Shown here one piece after another: positions 8,520 to 17,421 of a stretch of DNA of 64,000 nt. The notes under the pieces are model-generated. The model was not told the DNA's origin. It did not search any database and saw only the letters and a list, made by a program, of their open reading frames with translations. The stretch comes from an uncultured Clostridia bacterium (GTDB taxonomy: Bacteria; Bacillota; Clostridia; Christensenellales; CAG-917), in NCBI GenBank assembly GCA_944360115.1, contig CALVTH010000004.1:3330-67329 (forward strand), given 5' to 3'. Each line of letters begins with the position of its first letter. Position 1 is the stretch's first letter. A program made the position numbers and the translations under genes.

Positions 8520-9608
8520 ATGAAACTCAGCGAGGGTTTATCCGCACGACTTGACAAGATAAAGTGCCGTTACGCCGAACTCGGCGAACTTTTGTCGCGC
8601 CCCGAAGTCATCTCCGACCAGAACCTTTTCAAGACCTGTTCCAAGGAACATTCCGAAATCGAGCCCGTGACCGAGTGTTATGACACATACCTCGGGCACA
8701 AGCGGGAATACGAGGATTGCGCCGCGCTTCTCGAGGGCGAGAAAGACCCCGAAATGCGGGATATGCTGAAGGACGAACTCGAGACCCTCAAGGACACTCT
8801 CGAGAGAGATGTGGAGGAAATCAGGATTGCTCTGCTTCCCCGCGACCCCAACGAGGACAACAATGTCATCATGGAAATCCGCGCCGGGGCGGGCGGCGAC
8901 GAAGCCGCGCTTTTCGGCACGGAACTGATGAAGATGTACCGCCATTACGCCGACCGCAACCGCTGGAAGGTGGAGGACATCAACATGAATTTCACCGAAC
9001 TCGGCGGCGCCAAGGAACTGGTGTTCATGGTGACGGGCAAGGGCGCGTGGGGCAAACTCAAGTTCGAGAGCGGCGTGCACCGCGTGCAGCGCGTGCCCGA
9101 GACCGAGTCGCAGGGCAGAATACACACCTCGACGGTGACGGTGGCGGTGCTGCCCGAAGCCGAGGATGTCGAGGTCAACATCAACGAGACCGACCTCAAA
9201 ATCGACACCTACCGCAGCGGCGGCGCGGGCGGACAGCATGTCAACAAGACGGAATCCGCAATCCGCATTACGCACCTGCCCACGGGCATAGTGGTGGAGT
9301 GTCAGGACGAGCGCAGTCAGATAAAGAACCGCGAAAAGGCGATGAAAGTCCTGCGCAGCAGGCTTTACGATTTTTACCGTTCGCAGGCGGACAAGGAATA
9401 CGCCGAAACCCGTCGCGCACAGGTGGGCACGGGCGACCGCAGCGAGCGCATACGCACCTACAATTTCCCGCAGGGCAGGGTGACCGACCACCGCATAGGT
9501 CTCACCCTCTATTCCCTCGACAGGTTTATGCTGGGGGATATGGACGAAATGGTGGCGGCGTTGCAACTGGCGCTGCGCAATAAACTTCTGGAATCCATAG
9601 GCGACTGA
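8520..9608 (+). CDS. prfA: peptide chain release factor 1
   Basis: GGQ motif ([26 protein letters not shown]) and PxT-type RF1 body. ATG directly follows the prmC stop, with a GGAAGGAG RBS. Confidence 0.97.
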   Translation: MKLSEGLSARLDKIKCRYAELGELLSRPEVISDQNLFKTCSKEHSEIEPVTECYDTYLGHKREYEDCAALLEGEKDPEMRDMLKDELETLKDTLERDVEEIRIALLPRDPNEDNNVIMEIRAGAGGDEAALFGTELMKMYRHYADRNRWKVEDINMNFTELGGAKELVFMVTGKGAWGKLKFESGVHRVQRVPETESQGRIHTSTVTVAVLPEAEDVEVNINETDLKIDTYRSGGAGGQHVNKTESAIRITHLPTGIVVECQDERSQIKNREKAMKVLRSRLYDFYRSQADKEYAETRRAQVGTGDRSERIRTYNFPQGRVTDHRIGLTLYSLDRFMLGDMDEMVAALQLALRNKLLESIGD

Positions 9609-9620
9609 GGAGGTACCGCC

Positions 9621-11012
9621 GTGATTATAAAGTACAACAAGATACATCATGTCATCGAAGAGCACGCCTACAAGCCTAATCTTCAGGATGTCGATCACCC
9701 CAATCTTCACCGCAAGATATTCACCTACGGCGAAATTCCCAAGACGACATTCAACATGCGGCATGTGCCTATGGAATGTCCCCGCGACATCTACATGACG
9801 GACACCACTTTCCGTGACGGACAGCAGGCGTGCAAGCCGTTTTCCGTCAGGAACATAGTGGACCTTTACAAGATGTTGCACCGTCTCGGCGGTCCCAACG
9901 GGCTGGTGAGACAGAGCGAGTTCTTCCTCTACAGCGACAAGGACAAGGAAGCCGTGACCAAGTGCCTCGACCTCGGCTACGAATTCCCCGAAATCACCTC
10001 GTGGATAAGGGCGAACGAAAAGGACTTCGAGCTGGTCAAGCAGTTCGGGCTCAAGGAGACGGGCATACTGGTCAGCTGCTCCGACTATCACATCTTCAAG
10101 AAGATGAATCTCACCCGCGGGCAGGCCATGGAGAAATATCTCACCATAGTCAAAAAGGCGCTCGAACTGGGTATCGTGCCGCGTTGCCACTTCGAGGACA
10201 TCACCCGCGCGGACTATTTCGGATTCGTCGTGCCCTTTGCGATCGAACTGATGAAACTGTCCCGCGAGAGCGGTATTCCCATCAAAATCCGCGCCTGCGA
10301 CACCATGGGTTACGGCGTGACCTATCCCGGCACCGCGCTCCCGAGGAGCGTGCAGGGCATTGTCTACGGGTTCCGCTATTACGCCGAAATCCCGTCCGAG
10401 CAACTGGAATGGCACGGACACAACGATTTTTACAAGGCGGTCGTCAACTCGGCGACGGCGTGGCTGCACGGTTGCTCGGCGGTCAACACCACGATGCTGG
10501 GCATAGGCGAGAGAACGGGCAACACCCCCCTCGAGGCAATGGCGATAGAGTACACCTCGCTGCGCGGCACGGCGGGCGGAATGGATCTGTCCGTCATCAC
10601 CGAAATCGCCGAATATTTCGAACACGAAATGGGGATGGACATCCCCGAGAGGACGCCTTTCGTGGGCAAGAATTTCAATGTCACAAAGGCCGGCATCCAC
10701 GCCGACGGAATGCTCAAGGATCAGGAGATTTACAACATCTTCGACACCGAGAAAATCCTCAACCGTCCCGCGCGCGTCATAGTGGATTCCTTCAGCGGAC
10801 TGGCGGGCATAGCGTTCTGGATAAACTCCTATTACAATGTGCCCGAGGAAATGAAAATCGACAAGAAAGACGCGCTCATAGCCGCCATAAGGGAAAAGGT
10901 GGACGAGCAGTACGCCGCGGGCAGGACGACGGCAATCGCCGATGAGGAGCTGGACGCGATGTTCCTTGCTCTCGACGCCGAAAGGCACGCCGCTTTCTCG
11001 GCTTATCTGTGA
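9621..11012 (+). CDS. HMGL-like (pyruvate carboxyltransferase) family synthase: homocitrate / isopropylmalate / Re-citrate synthase-like
   Basis: DTTFRDGQQ motif after an N-terminal extension of about 60 aa, HxH-type motif (EWHGHNDF), TIM-barrel-length body, 463 aa. GAGGAGG RBS before GTG 9621. Confidence 0.75.
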   Translation: MIIKYNKIHHVIEEHAYKPNLQDVDHPNLHRKIFTYGEIPKTTFNMRHVPMECPRDIYMTDTTFRDGQQACKPFSVRNIVDLYKMLHRLGGPNGLVRQSEFFLYSDKDKEAVTKCLDLGYEFPEITSWIRANEKDFELVKQFGLKETGILVSCSDYHIFKKMNLTRGQAMEKYLTIVKKALELGIVPRCHFEDITRADYFGFVVPFAIELMKLSRESGIPIKIRACDTMGYGVTYPGTALPRSVQGIVYGFRYYAEIPSEQLEWHGHNDFYKAVVNSATAWLHGCSAVNTTMLGIGERTGNTPLEAMAIEYTSLRGTAGGMDLSVITEIAEYFEHEMGMDIPERTPFVGKNFNVTKAGIHADGMLKDQEIYNIFDTEKILNRPARVIVDSFSGLAGIAFWINSYYNVPEEMKIDKKDALIAAIREKVDEQYAAGRTTAIADEELDAMFLALDAERHAAFSAYL

Positions 11013-11093
11013 GAGGGGAGCGGCGCGGGGCGCGGCGCAAAATGGGTCTTGTTTTTCGCCCGCGTTTTATATAAAATATAATCGGAGGTTGTT

Positions 11094-11522
11094 ATGATAA
11101 AACTCATCACCGGAGCCAAGGGCACCGGCAAAACCAAGATTATTATAGACATGGCGAACGACAATGTCGAGACCGCAAAAGGCGATATAGTTTTTATCAC
11201 CGACACCGACAGGTATATGTATTCCCTGCGTTACCAGATCCGCGTCATCAACACCGAGTGCCTGAAAAAGGTCAGGGGCGCGATTGACGAGCGCGAACTG
11301 ATGGGTTTCATCAAAGGCATACTCGCAGGCAATCACGACATAGAGACCCTTTACATCGACGGCGCGCACAGAATGCTCAACCGTCCCGTCTCCGAGATGG
11401 AGGACTTCTTCACCGACATCTACGCGGTGGCGACCACGACGGAGACGCGCTTCGTGCTCACCGTCAGCGAAAACGAGGAGAATTTCCCCGATTTCCTGAG
11501 GAAATATCAAGGAGCAGAATGA
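11094..11522 (+). CDS. small stand-alone P-loop NTPase-like protein (142 aa), function unknown
   Basis: Walker A GAKGTGKT at residues 7-14. Candidate Walker B at DIVFITDTD or LYIDGA. GGAGG RBS and an upstream TATAAT-like box. Stop overlaps the thrC start (ATGA). Confidence 0.6.
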   Translation: MIKLITGAKGTGKTKIIIDMANDNVETAKGDIVFITDTDRYMYSLRYQIRVINTECLKKVRGAIDERELMGFIKGILAGNHDIETLYIDGAHRMLNRPVSEMEDFFTDIYAVATTTETRFVLTVSENEENFPDFLRKYQGAE

Positions 11523-13000
11523 AATACATCAGCACTAGAGATTGCTCCCGCGTCTACACGGCGGCGGAAGCAATCGTCAAAGGTATCTCCGATGACGGCG
11601 GACTTATTGTTCCGTCGTCTTTCCCGCTTATCGACGGGAAAATGCTGGACGAACTCATCGAAGCCGACTATCCCGAGCGCGTGGCGAAAGTGCTGTCCCT
11701 GTATATGGACGAATTTTCCTACGAAGAACTTCTCGGCTACGCTCGCGCGGCGTATTCGCGTTTCGACGGCGACCCCTGTCCCGTCGTCAAAATAGAGGAC
11801 GGCGAGTATATCATGGAATTGTGGCACGGCCCCACCTGCGCGTTCAAGGATATGGCGCTCACCGTGCTTCCCCACCTCATGACGGCATCCAAACGCAAAC
11901 TCGGCGACGACAGCCGCACCCTCGTGCTGGTGGCGACGAGCGGCGACACGGGCAAAGCCGCGCTCGAAGGCTTCCGCGATGTCGAGGGCACCGAAATCAT
12001 AGTGTTCTATCCCGAGGGCGGCGTCAGCCCCATGCAAAAACTGCAGATGATCACGCAGGCGGGTGGCAATGTCCATGTGGCGGGCATAAAGGGCAATTTC
12101 GACGACGCGCAACGCGCAGTCAAACGCATTTTCACCGACGCGTCCGTCGTAGCCCGCATGAAAGAGAAGGGCATAGAGATGTCGTCGGCGAACTCCATAA
12201 ACTGGGGCAGGCTCGCTCCGCAGATTGCCTATTATGTGTCGGCGTACTGCGACCTGGTCGCAAGCGGCGAGATCGAGAAGGGCGACAAGATAAACTTCGC
12301 CGTACCGACGGGCAACTTCGGCAACATTCTGGCGGGCTATTACGCCTACCGCATGGGCATACCCGTGGGCAAACTCGTCGTGGCGAGCAACCAGAACAAC
12401 ATCCTTTACGATTTCTTCTCGACGGGCGAATACGACTCCAACCGCAAATTCTTCAAGACCATGTCGCCGTCCATGGACATTCTCGTGTCCAGCAACCTCG
12501 AACGGTTGCTCTTCGAGGTGTCGGGGCGCGACGACGGCAAGATGAGGGAGATATATTCTTCGCTTGCCGAGACCGGCAAATTCACGCTGGACACCTCCTC
12601 GCTGTCCCTCGGCGTATTCGAGGCGGGGTGGCTGGACGAGGACGAGACCCGCGAGACGATGTTCAATTACTTCGACCTCGAAGGGTATGTGCTCGACCCG
12701 CACACGGCGGTCGCGGTCGGCGTCTACGACGACTATTCCTCGGAGACGGGCGACGACACTCCCGCCGTAATAGTGTCCACGGCAAACCCCTACAAATTCC
12801 CCTGCGATGTCTACAACGCCGTCGCGGAAGCCAGGGAAACCGACCCCGTGAAAGCCGTCAGGAAACTGCACGCCTACACCGCGGCGGAGTGCCCCGACAA
12901 TATTCTCGGGCTTGCTTCCTTGCCCGTGCGTCACACCACGGTCATCGAGAAAGACGAGGCGGAAAAGGCGGTCTTCGACTTCGTGGAAGGCAGACGCTGA
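11519..13000 (+). CDS. thrC: threonine synthase
   Basis: MKYISTRD N-terminus, PLP-lysine context TCAFKDMAL, and ATSGDTGKAA. Length (493 aa) fits a long-form ThrC. Confidence 0.93.
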   Translation: MKYISTRDCSRVYTAAEAIVKGISDDGGLIVPSSFPLIDGKMLDELIEADYPERVAKVLSLYMDEFSYEELLGYARAAYSRFDGDPCPVVKIEDGEYIMELWHGPTCAFKDMALTVLPHLMTASKRKLGDDSRTLVLVATSGDTGKAALEGFRDVEGTEIIVFYPEGGVSPMQKLQMITQAGGNVHVAGIKGNFDDAQRAVKRIFTDASVVARMKEKGIEMSSANSINWGRLAPQIAYYVSAYCDLVASGEIEKGDKINFAVPTGNFGNILAGYYAYRMGIPVGKLVVASNQNNILYDFFSTGEYDSNRKFFKTMSPSMDILVSSNLERLLFEVSGRDDGKMREIYSSLAETGKFTLDTSSLSLGVFEAGWLDEDETRETMFNYFDLEGYVLDPHTAVAVGVYDDYSSETGDDTPAVIVSTANPYKFPCDVYNAVAEARETDPVKAVRKLHAYTAAECPDNILGLASLPVRHTTVIEKDEAEKAVFDFVEGRR

Positions 13001-13031
13001 AAAGAGAGATTTCACCTAAAAAGGACTTTAT

Positions 13032-14057
13032 ATGGCAGAAACGACCGATAAAACTCCGATCGAAAGAAAAAAGATAGTCCTCAGCGGCATACAGCCGACG
13101 GGCACGATCACGCTCGGCAATTATCTCGGCGCGGTGTCCAACTGGGGCAAAATGCAGCAGGACTACGACTGCATATTCTTCATTGCCGACCTGCACGCGC
13201 TCACCGTGCGCCGCGAGCCAGCCGAATTCAGGCAGGCGTGTCTCGGCTTTTTCGCGCAGCTGCTCGCGTGCGGCATAGACCCCGCGAAATCCCTGCTTTA
13301 CTTCCAGTCTCATGTGCCCGAGCACGCCGAACTGCAGTGGATTCTCAACTGCAACACCTATGTCGGCGAGGCGTCCAGAATGACGCAGTACAAGGATAAA
13401 AGCGCAAAGCACGCCGACAATATAAACATGGGGCTTATGGACTATCCCGTGCTCATGGCGGCGGACATACTGCTTTTCCGTTCCGACCTCGTGCCCGTGG
13501 GCATAGACCAGAAGCAGCACCTCGAACTCACCCGCGACATCGCGGTGAGGTTCAACAACCGTTACGGCGACACTTTCACCGTGCCCGAGCCTTACATCCC
13601 GCGCACGGGCGAAAAGATATGTTCGTTGCAGGACCCCACGGCCAAGATGTCCAAGTCCGATCCCGACGCCAACGCGACGGTGTCCGTCATCGAGGACGAG
13701 GCGACCATAGTGCGCAAGTTCAAGCGCGCCGTCACCGACAGCGGCAACGAGATAGTCGCCCGCGCCGACAAGCCCGGCATAACCAATCTGCTCACCATTT
13801 ACGCGGCGATTACGGGCAAGACGGTGGCGGAAGCCGAGAAGGAATTCGCGGGGAGCGGTTACGGCACTTTCAAAGTCGCCGTCGGCGAAGCCGTCGCCGC
13901 GGCTTTTGCGCCCATACGCGCCGATTACGCCCGCTATCTCGCCGACAAGGCGTATATGGCGGAGGTGGCGAAGGACTGCGCTCAGAAGGCGTCCGCTTTC
14001 GGCAGGCGCACCCTCGACAAGGTCAAACGCAAGGTCGGGCTCGTGTCCTTCAAATGA
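13032..14057 (+). CDS. trpS: tryptophan--tRNA ligase
   Basis: Class I motifs: HIGH-like TLGNYLGA, KMSKS, and DQKQHLELTRDIA. Confidence 0.95.
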   Translation: MAETTDKTPIERKKIVLSGIQPTGTITLGNYLGAVSNWGKMQQDYDCIFFIADLHALTVRREPAEFRQACLGFFAQLLACGIDPAKSLLYFQSHVPEHAELQWILNCNTYVGEASRMTQYKDKSAKHADNINMGLMDYPVLMAADILLFRSDLVPVGIDQKQHLELTRDIAVRFNNRYGDTFTVPEPYIPRTGEKICSLQDPTAKMSKSDPDANATVSVIEDEATIVRKFKRAVTDSGNEIVARADKPGITNLLTIYAAITGKTVAEAEKEFAGSGYGTFKVAVGEAVAAAFAPIRADYARYLADKAYMAEVAKDCAQKASAFGRRTLDKVKRKVGLVSFK

Positions 14058-14112
14058 GCGTGTTTCAACGGAAGTTTAAGGTACGGCGGGTATAACTGCG
14101 GAGGATTGCGAA

Positions 14113-14973
14113 GTGTTCGGGTATGTCATTCCGGATAAGGACAATATGTACATCAAGGACTTCAATGTCTTTCAGTCGTACTATTGCGGGCTTTGCAAAA
14201 CCCTCGCGCGCACGGGCGGACCGCTCACGCGGCTGTGCACCAACTACGATGTGACATTCTATAACGCGTTGCTCCATTCCGTCGCCGACATCCCCGTCGC
14301 TTTCGAGCGCAGGGTGTGCCTTGTCAATATGCGGAAGAAGCCCGTCGTCGTGCCCGACGACCTCACCCGCAAGACCGCAGACATCGCCGTGTTGCTGGTG
14401 TACTATAACGCCGACGACGATGTCAGGGACGGCAGGAAATCGCGGTGGTTCGTCAAGGCTCGGCTGAGACTGAGAAAGCGCGCCGCGGCAAGACGCCTGC
14501 CAGAAATAGACGCCCTTATGAAAGGCAGCTTTTCGAGGCTGGCGAGGCTGGAGGAGAGCGGGTGCGACAACATCGACGAAGCGGCGGACTGTTTCGCTTC
14601 GCTCATGCGAGACATAACCCGCGCCCTCGTCGCCACCGACGAGAACACCGACGCGTTCACCTACAACCTCGGGCGGCTGGTCTACCTTTTCGACGCGGTG
14701 GACGATGTCGGCGAGGATATGAAAAAGGGCAGATACAACCCGCTCGTCGCCGCATACGGCAAGTGCGGGAGCAAGAGTCAATTTCTTGCGGAACACGGCG
14801 AAGACCTCGACTTTTTGCTGCGTTCCACCTATAATAAACTCGTGGGCGCCTACAACGCCATGCACATAGTGGTGTCCGAGGGGATGTTGTCCAACACCGT
14901 TTACCTCGGGCTGATGACGCAGATGAACCGTCTGCTGAAAGGAGAAGACAAATGCCAACTGACCCGTTTGTGA
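14113..14973 (+). CDS. DUF5685-like protein (CxxC-containing, function unknown)
   Basis: N-terminus MFGYVIPDKDNMYIKDFNVFQSYYCGLCKTL matches my recollection of the DUF5685 family. GGAGGA RBS before GTG 14113. Confidence 0.7.
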   Translation: MFGYVIPDKDNMYIKDFNVFQSYYCGLCKTLARTGGPLTRLCTNYDVTFYNALLHSVADIPVAFERRVCLVNMRKKPVVVPDDLTRKTADIAVLLVYYNADDDVRDGRKSRWFVKARLRLRKRAAARRLPEIDALMKGSFSRLARLEESGCDNIDEAADCFASLMRDITRALVATDENTDAFTYNLGRLVYLFDAVDDVGEDMKKGRYNPLVAAYGKCGSKSQFLAEHGEDLDFLLRSTYNKLVGAYNAMHIVVSEGMLSNTVYLGLMTQMNRLLKGEDKCQLTRL

Positions 14974-15629
14974 TTCTGGGCATATCCAAGGAATCGTCGC
15001 AGAGCGAGATACTCGAGGCGTACAAGAAAAAGCGCGAGTATTATCAGGCGCATGTGTTCGACGAGGGCGACGCGGGCGCGGAAGCCGCGCGTATGCTCGA
15101 AGTGCTCGACAACGCTTATCAGGACGCGATGACCTATTCTCACGAACACGCCGTGGTGCAGGGCGAGGGCAACAGCGACTTCGACCTCGTCAAATCCGCC
15201 ATATCCGCAAAGGATTTCGTGCAGGCGCAGACCCTGCTCGACGACATGTATTACCGCGGCGGCGAATGGCACTATTATCAGGCTATCGTCTTCTACGAAA
15301 AGAACTGGCTCAACGAGAGCAAGAAGCAGCTCGAACTTGCCGTCAATCTCGACCCCGACAACGCCAAGTACAAGCGCGCGCTCGAGAATATGAAGAAGAA
15401 AATCGACGGCACCAACGCGTTCAACGCCAACAAGGGCGAGAGTTTCCAGAACGCGCAGGCGGGCGGCAAATCGCAGGGCTACAATCCCCAGCAGGACGCC
15501 GCCACCCACCGCACCTATCAGCAACAGCAGGCCAGCGCCGCAGACGGCTGCTGCACGGCTTGCCAGTGCGCGATATGCGCCGACTGCTGCTGCGAATGTA
15601 TGGGCGGCGACCTCATCCGCTGCTGCTGA
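14952..15629 (+). CDS. J-domain-like / TPR-like protein with C-terminal cysteine string
   Basis: DPFVILGISKESSQSEILEAYKKKREYYQAH aligns to J-domain helices I-II, but HPD is replaced by HVFD. TPR-like block WHYYQAIVFYEKNWLNESKKQLELAVNLDPDNAKYKRAL. The last 26 aa, CCTACQCAICADCCCECMGGDLIRCC, contain 11 Cys. The start lies 22 nt inside the preceding gene. Confidence 0.7.
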   Translation: MPTDPFVILGISKESSQSEILEAYKKKREYYQAHVFDEGDAGAEAARMLEVLDNAYQDAMTYSHEHAVVQGEGNSDFDLVKSAISAKDFVQAQTLLDDMYYRGGEWHYYQAIVFYEKNWLNESKKQLELAVNLDPDNAKYKRALENMKKKIDGTNAFNANKGESFQNAQAGGKSQGYNPQQDAATHRTYQQQQASAADGCCTACQCAICADCCCECMGGDLIRCC

Positions 15630-15630
15630 A

Positions 15631-16485
15631 ATGAAGGGCAGGGGCGGACACCCTAACGGAAAAAGAACGGCTTACGCGCTGGCGCTGGCGGGCATATCCG
15701 CCGCGCTCGCGCTTTTGTTTGTGTGGCTGGGCGTCGTCACGCGTTATGTGACGGTGGCGTTTTTCGCGGCGGCGGGACTTGCCGTCAGCATACCGCTTTG
15801 CAAGAGATATTACGCTTCGGGCGTTTTCGCCCTGCTGGTGTCGGCGGGACTGTCCTTCCTCGTCGGCGATGTGTCGGCGGTGGCGGGTTACGCAATCTAT
15901 TTCGGACCCATGGCTCTCATCTCCGCGGTTATGTGGGAGAAGAAAGTCAAATGGTACATCTCCTATCCCGTGAAAATCGTGTGGATAAACGGCGCGATAG
16001 CCGCGCTGTATTTCGGCTTGCAGGCGATAGAAGTGCTTGCTCCCGACCTTGCCGCCGCGCTTCCGTACTGGGCGATTGCAATCGTCGGCACCGTAGGCCT
16101 GTTGCTCATAGACCTGCTGATGAATTTTGCCTACCGCAACCTCAGGACGGTGGCGGCAAAGGTGATACGCGACGGCGGGGAAGGGGGAGTCACCGCCGAG
16201 GAATTCGCCGCAGAGTCGGACGACGACCCTTTCGGGAGAGACGACGACGGAAGGCTTTCCGAGGGCGACGAGCCCGCGCCCGCACACGAAGAAAATGCCG
16301 CGGACGCACCCGAGGACGATGCCGCGCACCCCTGCGACGACCTCGCCCCGCAAGCCCGCGAAAACGGTGGCGGAAACAGTCGTTCCGACTCCCGTTCCAA
16401 CGCCGTTCCGGACGCTCCGTCGGGCGCGGACGCCGGCAACGACGACGCTTCCGCGGAGGACAGTCGGCCGCGTCCGAAGTCCTGA
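15631..16485 (+). CDS. polytopic membrane protein with acidic disordered C-terminal tail, function unknown
   Basis: ATG 1 nt after the upstream stop. Five to six hydrophobic helices, then a D/E-rich tail of about 100 aa. Confidence 0.6.
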   Translation: MKGRGGHPNGKRTAYALALAGISAALALLFVWLGVVTRYVTVAFFAAAGLAVSIPLCKRYYASGVFALLVSAGLSFLVGDVSAVAGYAIYFGPMALISAVMWEKKVKWYISYPVKIVWINGAIAALYFGLQAIEVLAPDLAAALPYWAIAIVGTVGLLLIDLLMNFAYRNLRTVAAKVIRDGGEGGVTAEEFAAESDDDPFGRDDDGRLSEGDEPAPAHEENAADAPEDDAAHPCDDLAPQARENGGGNSRSDSRSNAVPDAPSGADAGNDDASAEDSRPRPKS

Positions 16486-16526
16486 CCGCAATCCGATAAA
16501 ATCGCCGTAAAAGCAGTTTACAATTC

Positions 16527-16553
16527 AAAACCGCGCCGTAAAGGCGCGGTTTT
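16527..16553. terminator. bidirectional rho-independent terminator
   Basis: AAAA-CCGCGCC-GTAAA-GGCGCGG-TTTT lies between convergent genes. Confidence 0.7.
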
Positions 16554-16589
16554 GCATAAGGGAGAGAGTGTTGGGGATGTTGACGAAAA

Positions 16590-16922
16590 TCACAGATTGA
16601 GGAATTGCACCCCCGCAAACATCACATCCTCAATCTTCCTGTTTTTGAGGGAGTAGTAGACGATTTTGCCTTCCCGTCGGGCGCGCACTATGTCCGCCGC
16701 GCGGAGCAGTCGCAGCTGGTGCGAGCAGGTGGTCTGATTCAGCCCCAGCACGCGGGATATGTCGCCCACGCACATCTCGGATATGGACAGCGCGCATATT
16801 ATCTTCGCCCGCGTTACATCGCCGCACGCCGAAAAGAATTCCGTCAGCGCGTGCAGGGTGGCGTTGTGCGGCACATAGTCGCGTATGAGTTCCACCGTTT
16901 CTTCGTCGAGCAAACATTCCAT
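16590..16922 (-). CDS. ArsR/SmtB family metalloregulator
   Basis: Winged-helix block MCVGDISRVLGLNQTTCSHQLRLLRAADIVRARREGKIVYYSL. ATG at 16922 is preferred over the TTG at 16952. Confidence 0.85.
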   Translation of the reverse strand: MECLLDEETVELIRDYVPHNATLHALTEFFSACGDVTRAKIICALSISEMCVGDISRVLGLNQTTCSHQLRLLRAADIVRARREGKIVYYSLKNRKIEDVMFAGVQFLNL

Positions 16923-17031
16923 AGCCGCATTATAATTCGGTGCACCCCGCAAAAAACGGCGGTCTTTGACCTATTCCCGCGCAATTTGTCATTGCGTCCG
17001 CGGACAACGAAAAAGTCCGCGGGGTGCGGAC

Positions 17032-17232
17032 TCAACGGTTGCAGAAGCAGTTGCGGGTGTCGTCGGCGTCGCCGTCCGACGCGTCGCGGGAAACGAGAGT
17101 GGGGCCCGCCACGGTGAGGGCGAAAAGTATGGCTATCATAACGGCGGTCTCGGTGGTGGACACCGTGCCGTCCGAAGCAAAGACCGCCATTACGATGAGC
17201 AAGAACAAGAACCAATTTTCGTTGAAAACCAT
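17032..17232 (-). CDS. candidate small membrane protein (66 aa) ending in CFC
   Basis: GGAGAGGG RBS 2 nt (GGAG core 6 nt) before ATG 17232. Two hydrophobic segments (WFLFLLIVMAVFA, AVMIAILFALTVAG) and C-terminus DDTRNCFCNR. Lies directly upstream of arsR on the same strand. Confidence 0.45.
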   Translation of the reverse strand: MVFNENWFLFLLIVMAVFASDGTVSTTETAVMIAILFALTVAGPTLVSRDASDGDADDTRNCFCNR

Positions 17233-17386
17233 ATCCCTCTCCGCGTTTGTACCACGATATGCGCGGCGGCGGGGAAAGGTGACAGGCGCGACGCTCGGGG
17301 ACGGGGCGGCAAGCAGGGAGGGTGACTCGGCGACTCTCCGCACCGTCGCGGACGGCGGAGCGCACTAAAAGTGTACTTCTTTTATA

Positions 17387-17415
17387 TTTACTATTTTTGC
17401 GCGGGCGGGTATAAT
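17387..17415 (+). promoter_or_regulatory. promoter-like element (TTTACT, 17 nt, TATAAT) directly abutting the uvrC start
   Basis: TTTACT at 17387-17392 and TATAAT at 17410-17415. GTG 17422 follows 6 nt later. Confidence 0.45.
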
Positions 17416-17421
17416 AAGCGC

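Noticed and set aside
8538-10988. 816-aa minus-strand ORF. Similar long antisense ORFs occur at 11507..13015, 17365..19284, 28264..29748, 32448..34481, 38459..40045, 48682..50262, 53553..55034 and 60586..62499
   Set aside because: Each is codon-aligned antisense to a gene with strong family motifs (prfA, thrC, uvrC, PFK, fucosidase, SDR, ade, thiT, typA). None has an SD-like sequence or a domain I recognise.
13001-13031. Possible T-box leader upstream of trpS (and of thrC)
   Set aside because: The thrC-trpS spacer is only 31 nt and thrC overlaps the preceding gene. There is no room for a T-box of about 200 nt, and no specifier or T-box sequence was seen.
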